A stretch of DNA of 59,214 nt, filler included, from Sphacelaria rigidula (lineage: Eukaryota): the NCBI GenBank assembly GCA_964200075.2. It is 7 parts of 7 records of this genome, joined end to end, with 100 filler letters (N's around TTAATTAATTAA, not from the genome) between each part and the next. Parts side by side here need not be neighbours in the genome. Positions count along the whole stretch, not along the records: positions 8,475 to 16,848 come from CAXNAA020011345.1; positions 16,949 to 25,322 come from CAXNAA020011346.1; 5 more parts are not named here. The stretch is one strand, 5' to 3'. The position numbers and the translations under genes are program-made. The notes beneath the pieces were generated by a model, which saw only the letters and a program-made list of their open reading frames with translations, made no database searches and was not told the origin of the DNA. Positions 12,394-23,510 of the stretch are shown here, in pieces (the first letter of the stretch is position 1; each line of letters starts with the position of its first letter).

Positions 12394-13154
12394 GTCATTG
12401 AAATTCCTGGAACATGCTTCGTCTCAACGCCAAGCCCGAGTCGATTTCCAGCACACCAAGCATGCGTATCACAGCACCCGAACGCGGCTCCTTACCACTC
12501 TGCGCTTATTCATACCCACATTACGGCGTACGAGTTGTCTCCTTACAACCGCACGCAACCAGCATGTAACCGTGGGCGTCTCCTGCACAGAAGAAATATT
12601 ACCGGCGCCGACACTACCGTACCGTACCCAATCGTTCCATTACATTGGTCGAATATCATCATCCGAGTGCACAGTAGAACCTTTAACATGGGGTTTTTCC
12701 TCAGCGGTAACGTCACACCGCCGCCACATGCCCGACGGCAAACAATAGCCCCTCACAGCCGCGTCCGACGCATCCGAAGGCAAGGACAACATGGGCGGGT
12801 GCAACACCAACCGTTATACCAGGGATGTTATTGCTGTTCCATGCCGTGACAATCCATAGTCAACGATGCAACGCCACACGCTAGATCACCGTGAACCTCC
12901 GGGCTCAATACCACCACCAACGCCACTCGTCTAGATCATCATGACACTCCGGGCTCAATACCACCACCCGCGCCATCGTCGGCGCCCTCTTCTTCCTTTT
13001 TTTCATTTTTTAGGCATCCCCCGTCACAACTCGGGATGAGGATATATACACCGGGGATTACGATGATGCCGCTCTACACAGCGACAATCCATCGTCAACC
13101 AGCCAACGCCGCACGTCTAAATCATCATGAAATTTCGGGCCCAATATCATCACT

Positions 13155-13535
13155 CGCGACGTCGTCGCCGCCCTCTTTGAAAGCCTCCCCTGTCACAACA
13201 CAGGACGGGGAGGGGCGGCGCACCCCAGCCGATTAGGGCTTAACACCACCACCCGCGACATCGTCGCCGCCCTCTTTGAAACAATCCCCCGACACAACCC
13301 GGGACGGGGAGGGGCGGCGCACCCCAGCCGATCCGAGCTCAACACCACCACCCGCGACATCGTCGCCGCCCTCTTTGAAACAATCCCCCGACACAACACG
13401 GGACGGGGAGGGGCGGCGCACTCCAGTCGATGCGAGCCCAATTCCACTTCCCGCTTCATCGTCGCCGCCCTCTTTGAAAATCATCCCCCGACACAACACT
13501 GGACGGGGAGGGGCGGCGCACCCCAGCCGATGCGA
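13155..13535. repeat. 99-bp tandem repeat (~4 copies) inside the DIRS RT/RNase H linker
   Basis: Units start at 13155, 13254, 13353 and 13452. Minus strand reads as a 33-aa repeat, SAGVRRPSPSRVVSGDCFKEGGDDVAGGGVELG. Confidence 0.92.
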
Positions 13536-16500
13536 GCATGCGGTGGACATAAGGCTTTCCCGGACGTAAAATAAACGAGACGTACAGCAGAAAAACAGTC
13601 AAGGACGAAATGTATCTCTCTGATACACCCTTGCGTTCTCGAGGCCACTGCAACCATGCCTTTGCAATTTGTTGCTGTTTGCCTCTGAATGCGAAATAGC
13701 GAGGGAGTCAGCATCAATCACCAAACCCAGTACTTCCAATCGTGTATTGTTTTAAAGGCCGACATTTTGATTTTTGAATCAAACAAGGCTCGCTCAGAAA
13801 ACGAATATGACCATAAAATAAGGATCTCACCCCAAACATCATTCGCCGTCTGGGAAAAAAAAGCCCACCAGTATACCGTCATGGACACAGATGCACATGC
13901 AAGAGGGATGATCAACCCTGCAGCCACCCTCTCGGAACTGCCTTACTGCTCACGGACAGAGTGACAATGCGCCCCTGTCGCCGCCGTGCTATCTTTACAG
14001 ACTGAGCTGCACGGCGGCCGATGTCTGTTACCGCATGTGCGGAAAAAGAAGGGGATGTTGGTGTACGAATATTTGAAGGCAGCCGTCATCAAACCGTAAA
14101 GTCCGGAACTGCTGCCAGTTGATTTGATTTGGTTCGATTGCCGCAAATTAAACGACCCCCCAAGAATTGATTTGATTTGATTTGGTTGCCGCAAATGAAC
14201 CGACCCCCCAAGATTTGATTCGATTTGATTTGATACCCGCAAATTAACCGACCCCCCGAGGATCCAACGGCGGTTACATGATAGATGGATCCGAGATAAA
14301 ACAACTGAAACACTTGCCGAAGAAAATAAGGGGGACAAAAAAGGTAGGACAAAACAACAGAGGAGACTTGAACAGCTGCGCCACCCGAATTCTAAAGACA
14401 GGTAGCCACAGCAACAGAGGAAACTGAAACAGCTGCACCACCTGAATTCCAAACACAGGTAGCTATAGCCGTATCCCCCAATGCACAGCCGAAATACGCG
14501 GCGCGTTCCGAGTCCACAGCACCTGGTGAAAACGCCCCTTTGACATCGAGTACAGTATACTAATCACAGTGCGTGCTGAGGGGCCAAATATTACAGCAAG
14601 GACATGATAAGTAAGTAGCAGGACTTAGTACAATACCCGCCTATCTCACAAGGTAGTACCTGTAGAAATTCGGGGTCCGCGTCAACACTCGTGTGCGGCG
14701 ATGAACCAGGAAAAAGGTGCGATCATAAATGACACGAAATATAATATGGTGCACCACAACCCTCAATGTGGAGATACGGAAATTTGTATTATCAAAGACT
14801 CGCCTCACGTCAAACGCCAGCGCGAATGCCACATTCAGGCGCACACGCCATCATATGGTCCACAGACCCTAATGCATGGGCCAAATTCTCACGTGCCATG
14901 ACATCAATGGGTACCCCCCGTTGTGACACACACACCAACAGAAACATTCGAGGAAACCTCTTCCAGTCGCGGAACTATGGACGGGTGCTTTGCACATCCA
15001 CCTGAGACCCAAATCAGTTCTTGCCTGTACGGGTGACAATCATCCCAACATCACCGTCATACATACGCAACAAGGTAGCCTGGTGAGGTGCGGAACAGCC
15101 GGTATTCCACAGTCAGGATACGCAACTGTATTTCCATACCTTTTTGAATAACCCAGCAACGCCGAAACCACCATCGACACGTACTTCCAACATACCAGAA
15201 TATAGGCGAGCCATAGAATCAGGCAGCAGCAGCTCATTGTTGTGACGATTGCCTTTGCTGCCGCCCCTGAGCGCCACGCACCACCTCCAGTGGGAACGAG
15301 AGCGGTACGACCGGCGAACCGGACTTGCAGTGTCCATTATCATCCCAACCAGCACCTGCAAATTCGCCCTGTCGTCCTGGACCTGCAAATTCGTCGTGCC
15401 GCGTTAGCGCCCGGCTAGCGCGCCAGGCTACTCTTATCGTGCAGCCGGCCTGCCTGACGGCACCACGGCCGGACGGCGTAGCTACGCCGGTGCCACATCA
15501 TCAAATACATGCGACCTGCTGTAGCCGCTGGTATAATAGAGCCAGCGCTGGGAGGCCAGCCGGTTCAACACTCCTCGGTTCAACACGTTCTTCACCAGAC
15601 GAGCCGCCGCGTTGTTCGCGAGCTGCATCACTACATCGCCAAGATTTCTACACCTGCATTGAGATCGTCCAGTTTAGTCTCGGTCCGATCGAGGCGGCTG
15701 CCCACGTTGTCCAAAAGTCGTTCAATTCAACAACCTGTTTCTCCAACGCGATTGTCCGAGGTATCAAAGGCCCACTGCTGTAAGCTCGGTTCAACTCGAC
15801 ACGATCCGCCTTGCTGGCGAAGAGCTGTAAACGTCTGGAACTGACGCACAACTATTTCCGTGTATCAACTCCATAAACGTAGATGTCGAATCCTTATAGA
15901 AGGGTAGACTTGGGGATGTATCGACTCTCTCCCCCTAACCTTGTGTTTGTCCCGTCCGCCAGCCCCGGGAGCCTGATTTCGTGATTCGGTGATGCCGTTC
16001 TGTTTTGGTGACTTGGTGACGCCGCTTGTAACAATCTCAGGCAACATCGATTCTCAGACAACATCGATTCGCGATGCTGTCACCAACTGATGGTCGCACC
16101 ACACCCGTCTCCCAGGTCTCATAAACCTCGACTTCAACCCAGACACCATTAATGTCACTTCATCGTGGATGCACTTGCCCTTGTAACTTACTGCTTCTCC
16201 CGCACTGAACTGGCTCACTTGGTTCATCACACAGGCAATTTTGCATGTCAATGTGTTCTGTAATGCATTCTAGATACTGCAACCACTATAAACATCTGGG
16301 AAAATTCTTCCCGCTTCTGCACAAAACATCGATTCTTCTTAAACACAGAATCGAGCCTCTTTGACAGATGTTGCGACTTCGGTGAATGTTGCTACGGTGA
16401 CGACCTCTGAGCGGCCGGAGCGGTAGAGCAAAGAAAGGTAGCAATGATTGTTTGCCTGCCGTACTGCCAACAGCGTCGCGTGAAAGCCACAAGGCCCTTG

Positions 16501-17060
16501 CTGTCGGAGGTTGATGGCGTGGGTCTCAAATGCAACGACAAGTGGTTGACCGTAAAGCACTCTCGTCACGGCTTGTAATGCATGATCTCCTCACATCGGA
16601 ATAATTCTGGAAAGCTACTCGTACTGTACCGAGGAGTTCAGGCGACCAGCGTGTGCTCCAGATTGCAGCATGGACGTAATCCTATGCGCCACACTAGCAA
16701 CAGTTAGGTCATCACCATAAGTATTTTTTTCACTCCGCATGTCAAATAGGTTTCTACAAGTGTTTGATATCTCATACACCCCCCTCAACTGGCTAGACAC
16801 CCATGAGGCAGTGCAAAAGCTGTGGCTGTCTCTGGAAGTGGCGATACCNNNNNNNNNNNNNNNNNNNNNNNNNNNNNNNNNNNNNNNNNNNNTTAATTAA
16901 TTAANNNNNNNNNNNNNNNNNNNNNNNNNNNNNNNNNNNNNNNNNNNNTGGGTTCTCACACAGTGTATATGTTCGTGATTCACCCCACTGTTGTTGTGGT
17001 TGATGTCGTCGCCGCCGTCGTTGTTGTCGTTGTGTACTTGTTCGCTTCGGGGGGGGGCAG

Positions 17061-20000
17061 ATGGTGGTGTGGGTGGCGCTTTCCAAAAAGCAGAGGGAGA
17101 TTTACGCTGACTATTTGGGGGGTACCAGCGTGATGGACGTACTGTCTGGCAAGGTCACGTCTCCCCTCGCTGCCATTCAACATCTCAAAAAGGTGAGAAA
17201 GAACGACCAGCACACACACGGTAAAAGGGGGTGGTTCTATTATTGTGGAGTACGGTACTTCATCAACGGTGATGTAATTCTAAACCTCGCGCGTTCAGCC
17301 TCTGGGTTTATCTGATCTATATGAGGTACCCCGATGTGAGGCAGTGCTTCTATTTCAAGACACGTACTTGAAGATGATACGAGGTACAGCAGTGCACCTA
17401 TTTAAGGTTGTCCATAATACTTTTTTTTTTCAAGGTATCACGATATCAGGTGTTGGGCCTTTACAGGTGACCCCAATGTATGCGGTGCTGTATTTTAAGG
17501 TTGCCCAACGTGATCTATTAGGCTTGTATACTGTGCCCTGACACAAGGAAAAGAGATAAAATAAAATTCAACCCCGATGTGAGGCAGTAGTTATGCATGG
17601 GTTCCCCGACATGTAAGGTACTGGATCCACAGAAGGTACGACAGTCTTAGGCGTGTCACACAAACGGTTATCATGGCATGGGCGGGTTCCAATGTGAGGT
17701 GTGTACGTTTAGCTGATGTTTCATCGTGGTGCACTTTGCCAGGGGCAGCTACGAAACCCATGGTACAAGAGTTGTGACCTGGCTGCCAGTTTGACTGACC
17801 AGTTATAGTTAACTGGCACAACTGCTCAACTGATCGGTTTTGTAACCCGTTGAACCAGTTATTTAAGTCGACGCATGTGTCATACTCAAAAGTGTTCTGT
17901 GTACATATGTGTCATACTCAAGTCAATACTTCTGAAGTATTGTCGTACTACAATGACCGTGGGAACGCTGTTACAGGGGCGGGTACATGACCGCACGGCG
18001 CACACACCTAGACGTAGACACGAATATCGCAGACATCATGTACTAATACACGAAACAAGACAGATTGGGCACGGACAGTTGTTGATTGAGCGGATCTGAA
18101 CTATGAAGCAAGACTGCGTTTGGTAGCGTTGTCGTGTGTGCTTTGCTTTATTCTGTTGGCATCAAACATTAAGCTTTCAGTGGTGGCTGGTCAATGTGAG
18201 ATGGAAGCATGAGGGAGGGTCAAGATTTCTGTGAAATTTCCTGGCTGATGAGGTCACACTCAACAACGTTACCAAGTTGTTGTGCTACTGGTAGTCCCTG
18301 GCGCTTGGGTGGTACACGCGGAACGTTATGTATGCTGCACTACTGTTTCACCGCTTCGTTTTTTGAAATCAGGTTGGAAAGTTCGGTGATATTTCCTTGT
18401 CTCCCATACATCTCTATTTTTGTGCACCGATCACGTGCTCGAATTGCTGGCGCTAGGCGGCTAGAACTTACTGCGATTTTGAAGAGATGTGAAGCCAAAT
18501 GGCGTAATTTTCTCGCCTCCGGCGGCACCTCCGGCGGGGCCCCCTCACCAGCCGGGGGGAGGCGTTTACGCGACTCCGTCGCGTTGCCTTGCCAGGCAAC
18601 GCTGGTGTAGTCGCGGGACGGCTTCGCCGCTAGTTATCCAGTTTCAACTGAAAATTGTAACTGTTTTTTTTTGCTACCAGTTAACTAGTTAGCCAAACCA
18701 GTTCACAACTCTACTTGGTACGGTGTGTTGCGGCACAGTCGACGGCCCCTACATAAAGTACGGGCCTGGATTAAGGCTTGCGGCTGCACTGATTTAGTCA
18801 TTACTGGGCTCTAGTCTAGGGGCAGTTTCCCCCTCAAGTACGGTGACTTTTTTCAAAGAGCACTTCGACCCTGGGCTTTACCATATTTCGAATGCAAGTC
18901 CATCAACTTCATGGTAGAAAGCATGCTGCAGTGCCGTACGATACGGGACGAGGGCCAAGCGGTGCCTCTGTGAGGTAGGTCGCGGTGTGCTGTAGTTATC
19001 TCATTGCGGTCATCGCCATCGCAGGTAACCGCGCGGCCGCGAAACCCGAAGATTTACATTTACGTTGTGTGCACGTGCACGAGAAAAGCTGAATCCCACA
19101 TGGATTTGGGGTGTGTATTGAGCCAGGGTGTCGCCGTGCCTCATGTCGCATCCACGTACGACTAACCGTAGGGGACACAGTAGAACACCCCCGTGCGCTG
19201 GATACCACCCACCTCGTAGATACCACCCCCGGGTGATAACTGTTGACCGGTTCTTGCTACTGCACCGTTACCTTCAGTCTCGTATTGAGGTGCGTTGTAT
19301 ACCACCTCCTCAAATGACGCCCCTTGTGATGAGTTTTTGCGGGTCCGCAAAAGTCGTTAACCGCAGGTGTTGTACAGGGTTATTCTCGACATCTTCGTCT
19401 CCCCAACTCTAACCGTCCGACTGAACATAGATCTATGCTGCACCAAGACGAATTGATCGAAACCGAAAAATGTCGCTGTTGCTGTTTATGTGTATGGTGC
19501 AGGTCTGCCTCCACCCGATGGTATCCTTGTATCCTTTGGATGAGGAGTGGAAGCTGGACATGGACGTGTCCGTTAGGAAGCTGGTGAAAAACAGCCCGAA
19601 GCTTGCTGTGTTGATGGGGCTCGTTACTAACGCATGCGATGACGGAAACAGGTGACGAGGGAAAAAATGAATTGCTGAAAAATAAGGGAGGAGTCGCACT
19701 TGAGAAATTATTTTTTGTCGTGACCGTCATCCCAGGCAAAACTGCCGTACGGGGTGTAATGCCGAGAAAGCTAGAAGAGAGAAACTTGTTGTTGTTGTGT
19801 TCCGATCTCAGTGCAGCACTTCTATTTTTGTACCGGGCATCTGATGCGGACGCCTTCCGTGGTCACAGGCTAAATATCCAAAATGAGGCCCAACGAAATA
19901 AAAAATAAAATAAAATAGCACCCAGGAGAATTAATTCCATACTCATACAAGCAATACACGACAGTATACGTACACCTTGATGTATGAGCAAATATAAGAT

Positions 20001-21044
20001 GAAGATGGAATCTTTGCGCAGGAGGGTATGTCTGTGTCTCACACTTGTACTCTCCAGGGTGTGAAACATATACAGTAGTGGGTGGGCTAACTATTGAGGG
20101 GTGTTTTGGGGTTTTCCTCGCGTACTACACTCCGATAGAAGTCGAAATTGCTAGCGTCGGTAGATTTTGGTATAACAAAACAGATCATCTCCGAAACACA
20201 GTGCCCAAGTCAATGTTAGTTGTTGTTATCGGGCGAAACGAGTAAATATCCCGTTCACCAGGAGGATGACTACGATCATCTGGTGTTGTGAAATTGATTT
20301 GAAAGCAAGATTAGATTTAATCCTTGAATACTATGTCGTCCAACGCTCTTTTCGTGGTTCAAAAGCCGTATTTTGTTTCCAATGATGGTCACGGGGCGCT
20401 GGGCTTCATTGTTCTGGTCAGATTGTAAACATTTTGCGTACTCTGCAACGAAGAAATGATTGAAGAAGAACATTTTTGAGTCATAACGCGCATGAAAAAA
20501 GGAAGATGTTGCTCTGGTCAGATAGGAAGTCGAAGTGCCACCATCGTTTTCTCGACAGCACTGCACGAGCTGGGCCAGCCTAAAAGAAATATCTCATCGA
20601 CACAGACGAGTTGGGCCGTAACTCGCATATCGTATTAATCGTCTAATCAAGGGGAAGGTGTTCATCTGGGAAAAAATCTGCGCCACTGTTTCCTCGTTGA
20701 TTAAACCCCATGTCAAGTAATTCCCATACAGTACGGCGATAGCGTCCATACTAATATATATATACATAATCTCGAACGATACATTCAGCGGATGATGACG
20801 ATTTTTGGTGTGGACCTGCCCTGCAGCACGGGGAGACGGCAGATACCCTTACCTTCACCTAATTCGTGATCTATCTCGAGATTTGACGCACGTACGTTTC
20901 TATACTTTAGTCAATATATTACGAGCAGAGGCACTAGATGCCCTGAATCTGGATATCGCGTCTCAGTTTTTGAATGTTCGATGAAATTTCGTATGGAGAA
21001 CCGCTAGTCCATAATAAAATAAAAAACAGCTTCATACCTTTTTT

Positions 21045-21078
<34 letters not shown>

Positions 21079-23232
21079 TTTTTGTTTAAATAAAATTTTT
21101 TTTTTGTTCTTTTTTTAATTTTTTTTTCTATTTTTTAGATTTGTGATTTGAAACTTTGCAGGGAGAACCACGAAGGTGTTCCGAATAGCAAAAAGTGGAC
21201 CTTTTTTTTTTTTCATAGAGGTTAGGACCTTCTCGTGAATAAATTGTCTTTACCATACTAGAACGCCCTCAACCAGTGAACAAAGAAACCCCCCTGACCC
21301 ACTGTGTTTTGTTAATTATGCTCTAGCGAGGACCCACACAAAAGTTCAATACCCAAAAATCAAACGTGGGCCGGTGAGTGGCCTGCGAAATACTGTTCCG
21401 AATTTCTACCGACCTGGCTTGTAAAAGGCGGATGCGCCGGCCAATATTTAGACTTGGAGCGTAAAATTTGGTATGGACAATGCAAAGGGCATACAAAAAA
21501 ATACAGAAGCACCACGAGTTTTTTTTTTGTGAGTTCAGGGCAATAACCAGTTTATAGGTATCAGTAGAGTGCCCTAAACTCACGAAAAAAACAAGACTTC
21601 TGGTGCTTCTGTATTTTTTTTTGCCCTATGCATTATCCATACCAAGTTTTACGCCCCGACTCTAAATATTGGCCGGCGCATTCTCTAGCAAACTTCAAAT
21701 CCGCCTCTAGGCTGGCCCAGCTCGTAGATACACGATGATTTTCAAGCCAGGTCACTGTTGTTGTTGTTGTTGTTGTTGTTGTCATCCCATCTATTCTGGA
21801 TCCCAGTGTACACCTCTTGGTATATGTGGGCGCACCAGCCGGGGTCACACAGGAGGAAGGCCAACACAGTTTTCTTTGTTTTTTGTTTTGTTTTAGCTCC
21901 CCACCTTCCTTCTGCGGTACTTGTCTTATTTTTATCGCGAGAGGGATTCAGCATTCCCTTTCCCTCGTCGACCGTGAAGTTAAATTTTGTGTACCCACGA
22001 TATAGTCGCTCTTCACTGTTGGGTATGGTGTGAGACAAGTCCCAGATGGTGTGTCTGCACCAAGAACCGAACCCACGACCCAACCGTCAGAAGCTTTCGA
22101 GGTAACCAACTGAGCCACCGGGGCGACGGTCATATTGAGCCCGTTAATTTTAGGTTTGAGGGTCCGTATGCGTTGTACTGTAGATCGTTCAAGTCATACG
22201 GAGCTTATCTTTTTTATAATTATCTTTCCCCTTCCTTGAGTTTACTTGAGCAAAGTTTGCCGCTTATGCACCTGGGCATGTCTGTCTTGCGAGCACGGAT
22301 ACTTTCGCGGCAGATGAGATAGTGAACCGCAATCGATCGACCGGCATATACTCGATACCGCATCGACACTTTTGGGGCCTACTCCCTTGAACTTTTCGTA
22401 TACTTTTGATGCGCACGACGAGTCTAGCGCGAATCATAAGGGGCATGTCATCGTGTAGTGAAGGATGAATGTTCCGCACGTCAGGACCATCCTTTAAGTG
22501 GAAACAAGTCGGCAGCTAGCAGCTGAGACCCCCTGTCAACGGCGCGATGTCACCCCCAACTTTCGTTTCTATGTCTTTGATCTCGATTTTACCATGGGCG
22601 CGCATTGTCTAGGATATAAACACCCACCGAGGACACATACTCCCCGCCATAGTCTTTTCCCACATAATCGAAACTTCTTCATTTTTTTTTCCCCTTGTAC
22701 CAGGGTGCTGGTTTTCAGCCGTTCTGTTCGCATGTTGGACATCATCCAGCGGTGCCTGCAAGCGGACAGAAGCGAGGGCGGGGCAGGGGTGCGCCGGCCG
22801 GCTCGAATCGATGGTAGCCACGGTGACCTGGAGCGACAGCGGACCATCAAGACGTTCAACAGTCGCACGGATGTTCATGTCTGCCTCGTGAGGTAAAAAT
22901 AAGACATCTGGTCATGCTCCGTAGGACCTGTTTTCCCTAGTAAAGGTCGCGCATGTGGTACGTGAATCATATGTTACACTTTATAATGCTCAGTAGTGAT
23001 GAAGATACCATTGACACGTGGAGCAAATACACCCGCGCGCGGGGAGCGGGGGGTGACGTTCTAGAGGGTGCACAGGTGAGGCGGGGTGAGGATGACGATT
23101 TTTATTCACGTACAGGTAATGTGTTTTCTCGTGTTTGCGGTTGTGTTTTGTGGTTGCCCCTTTGTGTCGGCTATTTGGCTATCCGTGAACGACTAACTAA
23201 ATGACTAACTGACTCATGACTGAAGAGCTTAT

Positions 23233-23271
<39 letters not shown>

Positions 23272-23510
23272 CCTTCCCCGTTTCCTTTTCCATTTTCTTG
23301 ATGTCCATCTCATTTGCCGACAACACGACGACAATGTGCACGCGTTCATTAGCACCGGCGCCGGCGGTACGGGCATCACCCTCACGGGCGCGGACCGCGT
23401 CGTTCTGTTCGACCCTTCCTGGAATCCGGCGGATGACATGCAGGCCGTGGATCGAGCGTATCGCATCGGACAGACGAAGGACGTCGTAGTGTATCGCATG
23501 ATTGCGGCAG
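17061..23510 (+). CDS. ERCC6L: SNF2-family helicase, ERCC6L/PICH (CHR24)-like, partial: exons 17061-17192, 19503-19651, 22704-22892, 23353-23510
   Basis: GT-AG exons join in phase (0,2,2). They give [14 protein letters not shown]...[16 protein letters not shown]...SPKL...[17 protein letters not shown]...RIDGS...[49 protein letters not shown], the SNF2 helicase C-terminal domain. The [11 protein letters not shown] and SPLA motifs point to the ERCC6L/CHR24 subfamily. Confidence 0.9.
17346..17570 (+). mobile_element. Short 5'-truncated retroposed insertion with A-rich tail and 18-bp TSD
   Basis: ACCCCGATGTGAGGCAGT at 17328-17345 and 17571-17588; the insert ends GATAAAATAAAATTCA. Confidence 0.7.
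17767..18713. mobile_element. Non-autonomous hAT-like DNA transposon (947 bp)
   Basis: TIRs (A/T)AGAGTTGTGA(C/A)CTGG. 8-bp TSD CATGGTAC (17759-17766) / CTTGGTAC (18714-18721). Subterminal CAGTT/AACTG repeats. Confidence 0.75.
20566..21724. mobile_element. Non-autonomous Tc1/mariner-like element (family B) with internal ~105-bp-arm hairpin
   Basis: TIRs CGAGCTGGGCCAGCCTA flanked by CA/TA. Homolog at 48512-50530 (reverse orientation) and an end fragment at ~34160-34178. Hairpin arms at ~21435-21542 and ~21570-21680. Confidence 0.8.
21757..22131 (-). mobile_element. tRNA-derived SINE with (AAC)n tail
   Basis: Minus strand: A-box TGGCTCAGTTGG, B-box-like GGTTCGGTTC, 3' end AATAGATGGGATGAC(AAC)n. 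Second copy at 53533-53820. Confidence 0.8.
23233..23272. repeat. (TTTTCG)n microsatellite
   Basis: About 6 tandem hexamers in the last visible intron of the helicase gene. Confidence 0.9.

Larger units (their letters stand above)
11191..16363 (-). mobile_element. Decayed DIRS/Ngaro-like tyrosine-recombinase retrotransposon, ~5.2-kb unit (RT - RNase H - YR)
   Basis: RT remnants at 14844-13560 (YVDD mutated to CVHD at 13878-13889; WPRERK...LRPGK). RNase H motif SDASDAAVRGYCL (SDAS at 12766-12777) and GKEPRSGAVIRMLG. YR remnants at 12393-11748 (ARSSARAY, VRRNDLAF, LCIGGTTHLSVAG). Confidence 0.8.

Noticed and set aside
13155-13535. Regularly spaced repeats as a CRISPR array
   Set aside because: Whole 99-bp units are repeated with no unique spacers; eukaryotic context and no cas genes.
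8475-16363. The 2.7-kb direct repeats as LTRs of an LTR retrotransposon
   Set aside because: The repeats themselves contain the RT remnants, no TG...CA ends or PBS were seen, and the intervening DNA has RNase H and YR rather than a DDE integrase.
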